In this document: positions 1-9,759 of the stretch, one piece after another
Numbering within the stretch: the stretch's first letter is position 1
How the letters are laid out: every line of letters begins with the position of its first letter
Source of the DNA: Octopus sinensis
Lineage: Eukaryota
Direction: 5' to 3'
Length of the DNA: 15,324 nucleotides
Assembly (NCBI RefSeq): GCF_006345805.1
Contig: NW_021825662.1
Coordinates: forward strand, 1 to 15,324
Made by a program: the position numbers and the translations under genes
Notes under the pieces: model-generated
Database searches by the model: none
What the model was told of the DNA's origin: nothing
What the model saw: only the letters and a program-made list of their open reading frames with translations

Positions 1-186
1 ATATATAAATAATTATATATATTATATATATACTTCTATATACACACACATATACATACTTATATATATTTGTGTGTATGTGTGTGCGTGTGGTGCGTGT
101 GTGTGGTTCGTGTGTGTGTGTGTCTGCACTGTGTATATATGTACGTATTTGTAAATTTAAATATATATATATATAATATATATATA

Positions 187-225
<39 letters not shown>

Positions 226-232
226 ATATATA
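1..232. repeat. Compound (TA)n/(TG)n microsatellite
   Basis: Direct dinucleotide runs; explains ORF 70..309. Confidence 0.95.
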
Positions 233-650
233 TTATGTTATGTTCTTGGTGCGCGTGTGACGCGAACTCTGACTATCCCACCAGTATATCTGCTCTGTGT
301 GAAGAGTGAACGCTGACCTTTGAACACATAATTTGGTACCCACCCTGAGCTATATCGGCAGAGCGACTATCAATCTTCTACCATTAAACTACCTGATCAT
401 TTTCAATGTTATCAAACAGTTTTCTGTTTACATTGATGCATCAACACAGGCCTGGTGTAAGTGTGGCTGCCGTATCGTAGCTGAAACGATACACAGCCAA
501 CGTTGGTGAAACCAGACGCAACCGTGCAATCCTTGTTGCTGTAAAATTCCTCCCATAATGACCAAACCAAAAAATAATTAGAAGGCTACGTCATCAACGA
601 CGACATAATGAAACAACTTGTACGTGGTCGATAGAAGTAATTTGATATAA

Positions 651-700
651 ATACACACACACACACACACACGCACACACACACACATCATCATCATCAT
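651..700. repeat. (CA)n followed by (CAT)n microsatellite
   Basis: Direct tandem repeats. Confidence 0.9.
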
Positions 701-872
701 CCTCATCTTGATCAAGAAACTGCATATTGCATGTCAAGGAAACCTAGCAACTTTTTTTTTTAAAGTTCATTTTAATTAATTTTTTTTTCAAAGATTTATT
801 TTCAAAATATTGAATATCTCGCAGCTGCCGTGGGGGATATGTTTCAAGTATTTTGAGACGAAAAAAATTACG

Positions 873-1011
873 TGCATACATACATACAGACATATACTTA
901 CACACACACACATATCTATACATATATATATATAATACATACATACATACATACATATATATGTATATAATATATGTATATATATATGTATATAGTATAT
1001 ATATATATATA

Positions 1012-1062
<51 letters not shown>

Positions 1063-1122
1063 TAAATATATATATGTGTGTATGTATATATGTATATATA
1101 CATATATACACACGCATATACC
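873..1122. repeat. Compound (TA)n/(TACA)n microsatellite
   Basis: Direct repeats; explains the YI/IY ORFs at 744-1196. Confidence 0.95.
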
Positions 1123-1538
1123 TACGAGTATACCACATGTGTGCGGGCATGTGTTCCTGTCAGTACATTTATGTGGTAAAGTACATTAACTTCTAACAAA
1201 GGGCGACAGAATTGTCTGGAGAAGTCAACGATTTGTTTTATTGTTTTTATCGTGTAAGTTGAAAAATAAATGATAAATAAATATATTTTGCTTGTATCTA
1301 ACGAATTCCCACGGCTCTGGCAAAAATAGATGGTGAAGCAGAAAAAACGTCGGCGGAAAATACCAGGAATCCTTTAAATACAGAGAATAAGAATTGATTT
1401 TCTCAAAACCATTTTCTAATGTACGCTATAGGAATAATATGAAAGCTAAGACAAAGTTGTCTCTTCAAAGTCACCATATTCCCTCTTTGTACGATATGTG
1501 GAAATATATATATGTACTTATATGTGCGTATGCATATA

Positions 1539-1770
1539 CTCTCTTACTCTTTTACTTGTTTCAGTCATTTGACTGTGACCATGCTGGAGCACCGCCTTTA
1601 GTCGAGCAAATCGACCCCAGGAGATTCTTTATAAGCCTATTCAATACAAGGCTTTGGTCGGCCGGAGGCTATAGTAGAAGACACTTGCCCAAGGTGTTAC
1701 GCAGTGGAACTGAACGCGGAACCATGTGGCTCGTTAGCAAGCTACTTACCACTCAGCCACGCCTCCGCCT
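1539..1770 (-). mobile_element. tRNA-derived SINE, internally rearranged
   Basis: Minus strand begins AGGCGGAGGCGTGGCTGAGTGGTAAG (A-box-like) ... GCGTTCAGTTCC (B-box-like), then CACCTTGGGCAAGTGTCTTCTACTATAGCC, shared with the copies at 3020-3260 and 6100-6300. Tail GGCGGTGCTCCAGCATGG...CAAATGACTGAAACAAGTAAAAGAG. Confidence 0.8.
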
Positions 1771-1789
1771 ATGTATAAATGTATTCATG

Positions 1790-1893
1790 TATTTATGTTT
1801 GTATGTATATATGCATGCATGTACGTACGTATGTATGTACGTATGTATGTATGTATGTATGTATGTATGTATGTATGTATGTATGTATGTATG
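1790..1893. repeat. (TATG)n microsatellite
   Basis: Direct tetranucleotide repeats. Confidence 0.95.
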
Positions 1894-1924
1894 CTTTTCT
1901 TTAAATTTAATTTAAGCTCTTCTT

Positions 1925-2237
1925 GAGAGAGATCAAACAGGTTGCTAACAAAGCACCAAGACGTTTTGTGTTAAGAGTGTTCCCGGTGTTTGTAAATATG
2001 CCATTGAGTTGGTGTATTGGTTGAAGTGTCAATATATACACCCAAGTGTATGCCTCTATTCATATAAGAATCTGTTATGGCTGTACAGATTTGATGCTTT
2101 ATTGTGCATCTATTCATAGAAGAATCTCAGACAGAGAATTTTTGGAATGTCTTACAAATCTTCACTGTGCCACTAATGGATTGGATTTGGAGAATCCGAG
2201 TCGTCTTGCTCTTTTTCTGTGAAACCAAGTATTTCTA
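1925..2237 (-). mobile_element. 3' end of an RLE-type non-LTR retrotransposon (ORF C-terminus plus putative 3' UTR)
   Basis: Minus strand reads EILGFTEKE / ARRL / RILQIQSISGTVKICKTFQKFSV* across frameshifts, with the stop at 2129-2127. It continues the fragment at 2426-2755. The UTR boundary is approximate. Confidence 0.65.
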
Positions 2238-2425
2238 TTGTGTCTGAGGAGAGTCAATTTCTTTTTGTGTCTTATAATTTAACACACTCACCGGTAAAAT
2301 TTCCACAATTTTACTGGTGAGTGTGTTAAATTATAAGGCACAAACAGAAAATGAGTCACCCCAGACACAACAGAATATGCTTCAACACACGAACTCATAT
2401 AAAGAATCTTGCAAACCAAATCCCA
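2238..2425. mobile_element. 188-bp insertion with a 64-bp-arm hairpin, flanked by a 16-bp direct repeat
   Basis: Arms 2238-2301 and 2307-2370 match at 57/64 with loop TCCAC. Flanks are AAACCAAGTATTTCTA (2222-2237) and AAACCAAATATTTCTA (2426-2441). Confidence 0.75.
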
Positions 2426-2755
2426 AAACCAAATATTTCTAAGTTTTCATTTAAATTTGTTAGTACGTAACCTAAAGCACCTATGATGATAAGTACAAAT
2501 GAGAATTCATAGTCAGGGTGCAAGAGCTGTAAGTTCCACATTAATTCGCCATAAATGTTCTCTTTTTTTCTGGGCTTTTGATATTACATCCACATCCGCT
2601 GGACAGCTGACCTCTACAACAGCGCATGACATTTGTTTCCTGTCACACACAAGTCTGTTATGTTCGCACCGAAATGATGTTTTTATTGGGGTGTTCCACC
2701 AGTATTCCTTGTTTTCAAAGATGTGAATACCTGTTGGTTCTGACATGCCTTTCAT
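2426..2755 (-). pseudogene. Restriction-like endonuclease (RLE) domain of a non-LTR retrotransposon, degenerate
   Basis: Minus strand reads EYWWNTPIKTSFRCEHNR-LVCDRKQMSCAVVEVSCPADVDVISKAQ / KENIYGELMWNLQLLHPDYEFSFVLIIIGALGYVLTNLNENLEIFGF. This fits the HNRPD...IEVSCP...K..KY..L...PIIIGALG pattern of RLE LINEs; the PD dipeptide is missing here. Clade not assigned. Confidence 0.75.
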
Positions 2756-3019
2756 GTTGTATTATTACAAGTAAGTCATTTAATAATTCATTTTCTTGCC
2801 ATGCACTGTTTATCCATATTCTACAAACCTGGGCAACTCCGCGTGACATCACAAATGTCCTTTTCAGTTATCTCTTTGAGAGTCTAAAGGACCATGTTGA
2901 ATTATCTTTCATTGGTTATATGTGTGCTCTTTCATATCTACTTTAATTACACTGTACAAACACAAACACTCACATGCAAGCGGATACACAAACGTGCGCG
3001 CGCACTCAGATTTATGGCA

Positions 3020-3175
3020 AGCTTCCTTCAGTTTCCGTTCAGCAAATCCACTCACGAAGTTTTGGTCGACCTGGGGCTACAGTAGAAGGCACTTGTCTAA
3101 GGTGCAGCGTTGTGGGACTGAAATCAAAACCATGTGATCGCCAAACCAGTATCTTTCTTAACCACACAGACATGA
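3020..3175 (-). mobile_element. tRNA-derived SINE, same family as 1539-1770
   Basis: Minus strand TGTCTGTGTGGTTAAG...GATTTCAGTCCCAC...CACCTTAGACAAGTGCCTTCTACTGTAGCC...GTGGATTTGCTGAACGGAAACTGAAGGAAGC. Confidence 0.75.
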
Positions 3176-3179
3176 CTGT

Positions 3180-3260
3180 AAGTGTCTTCAACTATAGCCT
3201 CGAGCAGAACAAGCCTTTGTCGGTGGATTTGCTGAACGGAAACTGAAAGAAGCCAGTCGT
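3180..3260 (+). mobile_element. 5'-truncated SINE fragment of the same family, inverted relative to 3020-3175
   Basis: AAGTGTCTTCAACTATAGCCTCGAG...GTGGATTTGCTGAACGGAAACTGAAAGAAGCCAGTCG running into (TA)n. Confidence 0.75.
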
Positions 3261-3952
<692 letters not shown>

Positions 3953-3962
3953 TAAGTAGTGC

Positions 3963-4361
3963 TTAATGCCACCTAAGCCCGGCTGTTTTCTCTAGGAACC
4001 GACGATACTGCTGTATTTAATCCCAGGAGGCCACCTCCTCCAGCTGGTTATGCAGTGCGCTCTCTTATCTAGATTGTCTCGATTTGTTTGCTTCTTGCAA
4101 GATCAGTGACTGTGTGTCACTTATATTTTTTTATATGTTGCGTGCTGGAGTGAACTATTATTTTGTCTAGCGGACGAGTATCCATCACCAAAGATGACCA
4201 TAAGAAGGTCGAAACTACACGTTTGATGGTCCCAGGGCTAAAATAGTAGGGAGTTCTTCCCCCCGCTTCTAATATGTGTATCGAGTGCAGAGCGCACTGC
4301 ATAAGCAGCTGAAGACAGTATCGTCGGTTCCTAGGAAACATCCGTGTTTAGGTGGCGTTAA
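3963..4361. repeat. Fold-back with inverted arms around a ~225-bp spacer
   Basis: 3963-3976 vs 4348-4361 match 13/14, 3992-4010 vs 4316-4334 match 19/19, and 4041-4063 vs 4289-4311 match 22/23. A third partial arm copy lies at 5853-5883. Confidence 0.8.
4182..4229 (+). ncRNA. Type I hammerhead ribozyme fossil with a mutated core
   Basis: Stem I CCAUCA/UGAUGG. Core is CCAAAGA instead of CUGAAGA, followed by an extra U. Stem II GACC-auaagaa-GGUC, then GAAA, stem III AC-uacac-GU, and U17 at 4223. Confidence 0.6.
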
Positions 4362-5067
4362 ACAACACTTGTTTACTGCTTTCATCGCTTTTAGAGATTT
4401 TCTTGAGTAGCTAATTTGCTTGTTATGTGTGTGTGTGTGTGCGTACACGCGCATACACACACACACACATACATTTAAATACATATATAAATAAATATAG
4501 ATGTGTGTATGTATTTGTAAAAGATGTATTCAGTTTCTAAGTAACTCGATTTGAACGGTTAAGTTACTGTTAAACTCTTTGATAATTTCATAAAACCAAT
4601 CGTTAATCTAGTTTTAATATATTTTATACAGCATTGAATAATAATTTTGCTTGGGTTAATATAACTAATACAACTTACTAAATGTAGGAAGCTTTTAGAT
4701 TACAGATAAGTTAGTGTTATCAAATCCATATATGACAAAGCTAAGTAGGCATATGAAGGGGGAAAAGATAACAAGAGGGAATAGTATATGTGAGGGAGAG
4801 AGAGAGAGAGAGGAAGGGGTGAGGGAGAGTAGGGAAATTTGATATTAAAATGAAGATCAATAGGACAACAGTGATATGAATGAAGAGAAAGAAAATAAAG
4901 ATAATTAGTTTCATAATGAAGTTGTAAAGTAGATAATGAATTTATGTAATCTTGAGGAATTCGTATTCCAAATGTAAGAACCCCCCCCCCCATTGTCTCC
5001 CTTTAGTTTCTTTCTCCCTCCTCTCCATAATTACAACAATACTCGTAACGCGAACCCGTTTATTTGC

Positions 5068-5114
<47 letters not shown>

Positions 5115-5117
<3 letters not shown>

Positions 5118-5321
5118 AATCCAATCAAGAACAAGCAAGAAAAAACAACAACGCGAGGACGTGGAACAAGTATTGTGTTATTGGACACTCAGGAAAGGAA
5201 AGAAAAGAAAGAGGAATTCACGTTTCGAGCGGAGCTCTTCATCAGAAATATGGAAAAAGTCCAAAGAAGGGAAGACGGAGAAAGAAAATCGCCAACGATA
5301 CACAAGAGGTCATACATTGAA
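5115..5321 (-). mobile_element. ~210-bp hammerhead-bearing short element in (TA)n, tandem copy 1
   Basis: Nearly identical to 5422-5626 and colinear with 14910-15120; (TA)n lies on both sides. Confidence 0.8.
5215..5249 (-). ncRNA. Minimal type I hammerhead motif (G at the cleavage position)
   Basis: Minus strand AUUU-CUGAUGA-A-GAGC-ucc-GCUC-GAA-ACGU-G-AAUU. The core is intact, N17 is G (5219), and stem I is weak. Confidence 0.6.
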
Positions 5322-5349
5322 TATATATGTATATAATATATATATATTA

Positions 5350-5421
<72 letters not shown>

Positions 5422-5424
<3 letters not shown>

Positions 5425-5626
5425 AATCCAATCAAGACAAGCAAGAAAAAACAACAACGCGAGGACGTGGAACAAGTATTGTGTTATTGGACACTCAGGA
5501 AAGGAAAGAAAGAAAGAGGAATTCACGTTTCGAGCGGAGCTCTTCATCAGAAATATAGAAAAGTCCAAAGAAGGGAAGACGGAGAAAGAAAATCGCCAAC
5601 GATACACAAGAAAGGTCATACATTGA
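5422..5626 (-). mobile_element. ~210-bp hammerhead-bearing short element in (TA)n, tandem copy 2
   Basis: Direct repeat of 5115-5321 with a period of ~305-307 bp. Confidence 0.8.
5520..5554 (-). ncRNA. Minimal type I hammerhead motif (G at the cleavage position)
   Basis: Identical to 5215-5249, 305 nt away; N17 is at 5524. Confidence 0.6.
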
Positions 5627-5647
5627 ATATATATGTATATAATATAT

Positions 5648-5707
<60 letters not shown>

Positions 5708-6099
5708 TATATATGTATGTATTGGGGTAGGGTTAGCAACATTGTTGTCATGTGGTAAGTAAAAGGAAAGGAAAATAGTGTGTCGAACAGAAAGTACAAA
5801 AATAACAACTATACTAACGATAGAAAACGTTATACGTCATTTACGGGAATAAAAATAGCAGTATCGTCGGTTCCTGGAGAAATCCGTCGCCATTCCTGAT
5901 TATAAACAAGCATTAAATGTTGATAAGAAATGGGACTTGGCTGTATGATAGAATAATACTAGAGCACGACATTTGTTAGTTTCACCCCAAGCAAGCAAAC
6001 CAGTACCAGTCTGAAAGAACTTCTCTGGCGAATAGTATTTAAATTTTTCATGAGTTATTTGATGTTGCTAACCAAACTTTTTTTGCAAGAGGCGTATTT

Positions 6100-6430
6100 A
6101 TGACTGGACGGCTACAAAGTTCTCATCACAACCACATTGTTGTAGGGGTTCGATCCTACTGCGTGACACCTTGAGTAATAACTCCAGGGCGACCAATATA
6201 TATATATTTTTTTGTGAATTTGTTTATGGGAAACTATAGCATCCCATAGCATCAGGTCGGGCCTTTTAAGTGATATTGGATGGCAGGAAATTGTATCGAA
6301 GCCCATCAAATGAGTTGTAAAATCAAAAAGGTACAGCCTTGTCACACATTGTGCTATGCTGAATTTCCCTGGGAATTGCGTTAAGGATGTACACACGTGT
6401 CTGTGGAGTACTCAGCCACTTGCACATTAA
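6100..6430 (+). mobile_element. Patchwork of degenerate SINE fragments
   Basis: CAACCACAT...GGGTTCGATCCTACTGCGTGACACCTTGAGTAA (B-box plus body shared with 1539-1770), then CTATAGC...CAGGTCGG...GGAAATTGTATCGAAGCCC, then a different SINE-like 3' body ending CTCAGCCACTTGCACATTAA. Confidence 0.55.
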
Positions 6431-6620
6431 TACTTTTAAAACGGTTCACGTAAATTGACGCACGCAATGCACATGCTTTAAATCGGTCGACGTAATTATA
6501 GACCTCCTGGTTTAGAACCAGTCGCCCGAGTTAGTACCGGTCCACCTGCCAACTGATCGGCCGATTAGATGTTTCATGTAAATATTTACAACCCGATAGG
6601 CTGGTCCTGTTACTCTGGGT

Positions 6621-7683
6621 GTGTCAAATTTGTCGCCGTGTCCTGTTTCGTCGAATTTACGGTCGTTGCGCCAAGCTACAGCAAGCGCCGCCACCTCACC
6701 AGTTGTTTCTTCCGGTTCGGACGATGACTCGGAGAGTGAGTATTTTCCTAGATCAGAACCAGATGATTCCGATAGCGATGAGGATATTCCGATGAATCAA
6801 AGGTACAGGCGGGCAGCAAGGAATGGCTCTGAACAACAGAATACCGCATGGCAAGCGAGAGACAACTTAATCCGACGGCATGGGTTTACTGGTACGCCTG
6901 GCATAAAGGCAAACCTTGAACATGGCAGTTCGCCATTGGAAATCTTCTACGAATGACTATGCTGAAAACCATCCCCAGAATGACAGACCCGGGCATGGTG
7001 GTGCTTGGTTTCCAAACAAAGGGGCCAAAATCAAAGTTTTGCTTGTCCTGCTGATACTGATGGGCATCGTGAACAAACCGACTCTTATGCCATCGATACT
7101 TTTCCTTCCGGAAATGATGCCACGTGATCGATTTTTGGCGCTTCTTCGAAATTTACATTTCAACTCAGGCGAGAATCAGGATGACAGGCCGCACAAAATA
7201 CGTCCTATCGTTGATAAAGTGTTTGAAAATTTCAGAACGGTGAATGTTCCCACATGGGACATTTGTGCGGACGAGAATTTGTAGAAATTCAAGGGAAGGC
7301 TCCGATTCAAGCAATACAACCCGACCGAACATGCCTGCTTTGGAGTCAAGATTTATAAAGTATGCAGTGCCTGTGGGTACACGTAGAATTACAAAATCTA
7401 CACAGGTCAGGACAGATTGGATTTTCCAGCATCTACTCTACCGTCAACTGATATCGTGTTGTCACTGAATGAAAACTTGTTTGACAAAGGTTGCAATATT
7501 TACATGGACAACTGGTTTTCCAGTTCAGCCCTGTTCCGGCAGCTGCAGGCGAGGAGAACTAATGCCTATTGAACTGTGAGGATGCACAGGTATAACATGT
7601 CGCCCGATCTTTACAAGATGAAACTTCAAAAGGGGGAAACAGTGTACCGATGCACCGATAGTGGCATTCTCGCTCTTGTGTGG
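6621..7683 (+). pseudogene. piggyBac-family (PGBD-like) transposase remnant, 3'-truncated
   Basis: Acidic N-terminus SDDDSESEY...DDSDSDED, then GFTGTPG...SPLEIF / IKVLLVLLILMGIVNKPTL...MMPRDRFLALLRNLHFN...KIRPIVD...ICADENL*KFKGRLRFKQYNP...FGVKIY...YKIYTG...NIYMDNWFSS...TVRMHR. The first two catalytic Asp codons are at 7270 and 7507. Stops at 7282, 7384 and 7570, a frameshift/deletion near 6955, and no third Asp. TIRs not identified. Confidence 0.9.
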
Positions 7684-8015
7684 CTCGTTACCCTGCTTTC
7701 GTTACCTGCACTTCTAACAATGTCATCTACTTATCTCCTGCTCTCTCTCTCTGCCCTTCTCTATACATCGGGCAAACGGGACGCCGCTTGGCTGACCGGT
7801 TCACGGAACATCTCCGAGACAGCCGACTCGGCAATGACAACCCGGTCTTGCGCCATTTCCGCTCTACCGGTCACTCTTTGCAACACCTGTCCGTGTTCGG
7901 ATTGTCTTTACACACGGGCTATCCGGACTCCCGTTTTCGCCGCTAACAGAGATTAAACTTCTCTCTTCGCCCCTTTGCTCCACATGGGCTCAACTCTCCT
8001 CCCCTCTTCATCTAA
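7684..8015 (+). pseudogene. GIY-YIG endonuclease domain, PLE-type C-terminal
   Basis: TCTSNNVIY(7722-7730)...LCPSLYIG(7764-7772)QTGRRLADRFTEHLRD...PVLRHF...H...FRR*QRLNFSLRPFAPHGLNS. It contains VIY-YIG, the conserved R and EH, and the terminal P.GLN motif. TAA at 7944 probably replaces the conserved Glu. Confidence 0.88.
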
Positions 8016-8682
8016 CCCTCCTCCCCTCTCCTCTCTCCCTCTCACATCCACTTCCTACCACTCACCTCTCCTCTCTTGCTCCGACTCCCACTTCTTCTTT
8101 TCACTACTACTCTCCTTCTCTCTTCTCTTCACTCCTATCCACCTTCTCCCTTCCCCCTCTCCCTTCATCGTCACCCCTCCCTCGTAACCCCACCCCTACA
8201 CAATCCAACCCCACCTTCCATATCCATCCCTTACACCCACACCCACATACCCCACCCTCAAACTAACCCACATACCCCACTTCTATCACCACCCTCAGCC
8301 TAACTCACACCCTACCCTTGCTTTCTCCACTCTCGCCTCCTCACATTCTAACACCACCACACCACACACCACCACACTATACACCACCATACCACACAAC
8401 ACCACATCACATCACACCACCACGCACACACTAGCACTGACCACTTTCCCGCCCCACACCTGCACATACACTCACGCACACGTCAAAGTCACCAGCCCTC
8501 TTCCATACGCACCTTATGCTCTCTTATGCACACACACGCGCACCGTCGTTTTGGGATCACCACTACTTTATTATCTACCCTTCTTCCTACCTCTCCTGTG
8601 TGACTCCTCAGTCCGTCAATCTCCATGATAGATCGCTAGCCACTACACATTCTTTATTTTCTCTCCTTGTTTCTTTCTGTGT

Positions 8683-8722
8683 TCTTTTCTGTGGAAGAGC
8701 GTAGGCTCGAAACGTTAAAGAC
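8683..8722 (+). ncRNA. Hammerhead-like motif with a variant core
   Basis: UCUUUU-CUGUGGA-A-GAGC-guag-GCUC-GAA-ACGU-U-AAAGAC. It differs from CUGANGA at position 6 (U instead of A). Confidence 0.55.
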
Positions 8723-8825
8723 TTTTTCACTTCCCAAGCGTTAAACTTATACATCTGTTTGTTGTCTATACCACCTGTCTTCGTCTTTTGTTTTTTTGTG
8801 AATTCTCTCCTACATACATACATAC

Positions 8826-9158
8826 TGAGACCCCCTTGGGTCATGAGTGACCATGGGATTGCACCTAGAAAGTTACCTTCCCAGGCACAAGTCCGGGCAA
8901 GGTTGTTTATGGAAGACCAGCAGTTGCCCATGCATATCGGCCTCCCCTCTCCACGCAACAAGTGTTATCCAAGGGAAAGGCAAATGCTGATACAACTTGG
9001 CACCGTTGACGTCGCAAGTCATTTCTACAGCTGAGTGAACTGGAGCAACGTGAAATAAAGTGTCTTGCTTAAGAACACAACACGCAGCCCGGTCCGAGAA
9101 TCGAACTCACAACCTCACGATCGTAAGCTCGACGCTCTAGCCACTGAGCAATGCGCTT
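8826..9158 (-). mobile_element. tRNA-derived SINE with a CORE-like central segment
   Basis: Minus strand GAAAGCGCATTGCTCAGTGGCTAGAGC (A box) ... GAGTTCGATTCTC (B box), then TGTGTTCTTAAGCAAGACACTTTATTTCAC...CAGCTGTAGAAATG, resembling a CORE domain. Confidence 0.8.
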
Positions 9159-9159
9159 T

Positions 9160-9219
9160 CACACATACATACATGTATGCATGCATGCATACATACATAC
9201 ATACATACATACACACGGA

Positions 9220-9287
<68 letters not shown>

Positions 9288-9541
9288 CACATACACATAC
9301 ATACATACATACATACATACATACATACATACATACATACATACATACATACATAATACATACATACATACATACATACATACATACATACATACATACA
9401 TACATACATACAACATACAACATACATACATACATAATACATACATACATACATACATACATACATACATACATACATACATACATACATACATACATAC
9501 ATACATACATACGATACGATACGATACGATACGATACGATG
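9160..9541. repeat. Compound (TACA)n/(CGCA)n/(CGATA)n microsatellite
   Basis: Direct repeats; explains the ORFs at 9065-9677. Confidence 0.95.
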
Positions 9542-9544
9542 ATG

Positions 9545-9759
9545 ATAAGCTATCGTAGTGTTCAAATATTTGTGCTGTGCTTGTATGTATCCCTCCCGCC
9601 ATCAAATCGACTTTGTTTGAACAGGTGTCGAAGTGATTGCAGAGTATCATGAGATGAAATGTTTTGCTCAAGAACACAACGCACCACTCTGTCTAGGAAT
9701 CGAAACCGCGATCTTGCGATCGTGAGTGGAACACCCTAACCACTAGGCTATGCGCCCTC
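9545..9759 (-). mobile_element. tRNA-derived SINE related to 8826-9158, 3'-degenerate
   Basis: Minus strand GAGGGCGCATAGCCTAGTGGTTAGG (A box) ... GGTTTCGATTCC (B box) ... GTTGTGTTCTTGAGCAAAACATTTCATCTC. Confidence 0.75.

Larger units (their letters stand above)
7684..8811 (+). mobile_element. 5'-truncated Penelope-like retroelement: GIY-YIG end, pyrimidine/CA-rich 3' region, hammerhead-bearing terminus
   Basis: GIY-YIG ORF remnant at 7684-8015, then a G-poor tract at 8016-8640, a hammerhead-like motif at 8683-8722 and a ~95-nt tail ending in (TACA)n. That all parts belong to one element is inferred from their order. Confidence 0.7.

Noticed and set aside
4309-4339. CTGAAGA...GAAAC as another hammerhead
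   Set aside because: No stem II pairing; the opposite arm indicates CTGAAGA arises at a deletion junction.
6427-6481. TTAA sites as the piggyBac left end
   Set aside because: Three TTAA candidates exist, with no matching right TIR in the window to choose among them.
7576-7956. 126-aa ORF spanning the piggyBac/PLE junction as a possible fusion gene
   Set aside because: The piggyBac frame has upstream stops and runs out of frame through the GIY-YIG sequence, so no joined functional domains result.
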